This document shows, piece after piece, positions 50,283-51,013 of a DNA stretch of 51,013 nucleotides. The stretch is from IMG/VR virus record IMGVR_UViG_2548876959_000011; one strand, written 5' to 3'. Both the position numbers and the translations under genes were made by a program. Below the pieces are notes generated by a model. The model was not told where the DNA came from and made no database searches. It worked only from the letters and a program-made list of their open reading frames with translations. Every line of letters begins with the position of its first letter. Positions within the stretch are counted from its first letter, which is position 1. The DNA comes from a virus. Taxonomy: Duplodnaviria > Heunggongvirae > Uroviricota > Caudoviricetes.

Positions 50283-50466
50283 AAACCGTAAAGCAAAGAT
50301 TCTGTTAGTTCGTAGAAACGCTCCTGGCGTCTGGCAGTGGGTGAGACTCAGCAACCGACGGATGGGGTTGATGAAATATTACGGGATGATGGATTGTGGT
50401 TTTTGCAAAAAGCCCAGCGCGGCGCAAAACCGCTGGAAAAACCACTTGCGCACTAAAGGAGAGTGA
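50278..50466 (+). CDS. small basic protein, MKNRKAK paralog 2
   Basis: 62-aa ORF MKNRKAKILLVRRNAPGVWQWV... Confidence 0.4.
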   Translation: MKNRKAKILLVRRNAPGVWQWVRLSNRRMGLMKYYGMMDCGFCKKPSAAQNRWKNHLRTKGE

Positions 50467-50467
50467 T

Positions 50468-50962
50468 ATGGCGTTAACACACCGCGAACTCTGTCAGATT
50501 GCGTATAAGTTCCTTAAGCGCAACGGGTTCAAGGTTTGTTTTCATGACCGCTTTATAGCTGTAACCAGTACCGGAGAACAGCCAGATGCTATGGGATTCA
50601 GAAATTCAGCATCATGCCTGATAGAAGCGAAGTGTTCTCGTGCTGACTTGTTAGCAGATAGAAAAAAGCGTTTTCGTAAAAATCCGTCTCTTGGAATGGG
50701 CGACTGGCGATTCTTTATTAGTGAGCCGGGAATTATTTCAATTGAGGATTTACCACCTGGCTGGGGATTACTTCACGTTGTTAACGGAAGAGTACGGAAA
50801 GTACATGGGTGGCCCAAGGGTAATTGCTGTTGGGGTAATCCTGACGATAAGCCATTTACTGGAAATAAGCAGGTTGAATGCGATTACATGTTATCTGCAT
50901 TAAGGCGCATGGAGTTGAGAGGGCACCTTAATGAAATATATGACGGTGTAATTGTTAGGTAA
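50468..50962 (+). CDS. putative PD-(D/E)xK-fold protein
   Basis: ATG at 50468 after AAAGGAGAG RBS (ORF-track entry 50396 extends upstream in frame); PDAMGF...CLIEAKCS matches D...ExK pattern. Confidence 0.4.
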   Translation: MALTHRELCQIAYKFLKRNGFKVCFHDRFIAVTSTGEQPDAMGFRNSASCLIEAKCSRADLLADRKKRFRKNPSLGMGDWRFFISEPGIISIEDLPPGWGLLHVVNGRVRKVHGWPKGNCCWGNPDDKPFTGNKQVECDYMLSALRRMELRGHLNEIYDGVIVR

Positions 50963-51013
50963 TGACTCCAACTTATTGATAGTGTTTTATGTTCAGATAA
51001 TGCCCGATGACTT

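Overview
This window reads as a contiguous central segment of a P1-like temperate phage-plasmid, with gene order and sizes matching phage P1 as recalled from memory (no database search was possible). From left to right: a leftward tail-fiber/baseplate/sit/tail-tube operon; an AT-rich locus of three secreted proteins (sim-like); the immI region (operator, c4 RNA, icd, ant with a nested in-frame start); the lytic replicon kilA-repL; a Hok/Mok type I toxin locus; leftward sheath and major head genes; the plasmid partition and replication module (parS, parB, parA, incA iterons, repA, incC/oriR with GATC cluster and DnaA boxes); a lipoprotein/membrane-protein pair; the hrdC-dmt operon; a tRNA cluster (Asn, Thr, Ile) interrupted by a family of structured repeats and a TerB-like gene; the DnaB-like helicase ban; a leftward baseplate-type operon; and a rightward block including a VRR-NUC protein, two DUF115-like paralogs, the ppp phosphatase, a DXD glycosyltransferase-like protein and the HAD phosphatase pap. 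Eight copies of a 17-bp C1-operator-like motif (ATTGCTCTAATAAATTT) sit upstream of operons. The most unusual items are the structured repeat family inside the tRNA operon, the hok/mok locus, a possible operator-controlled small transcript after dmt, and an overlapped spanin-like gene pair. Functional calls rest on motifs visible in the translations and on synteny, so exact starts and many product names are provisional.
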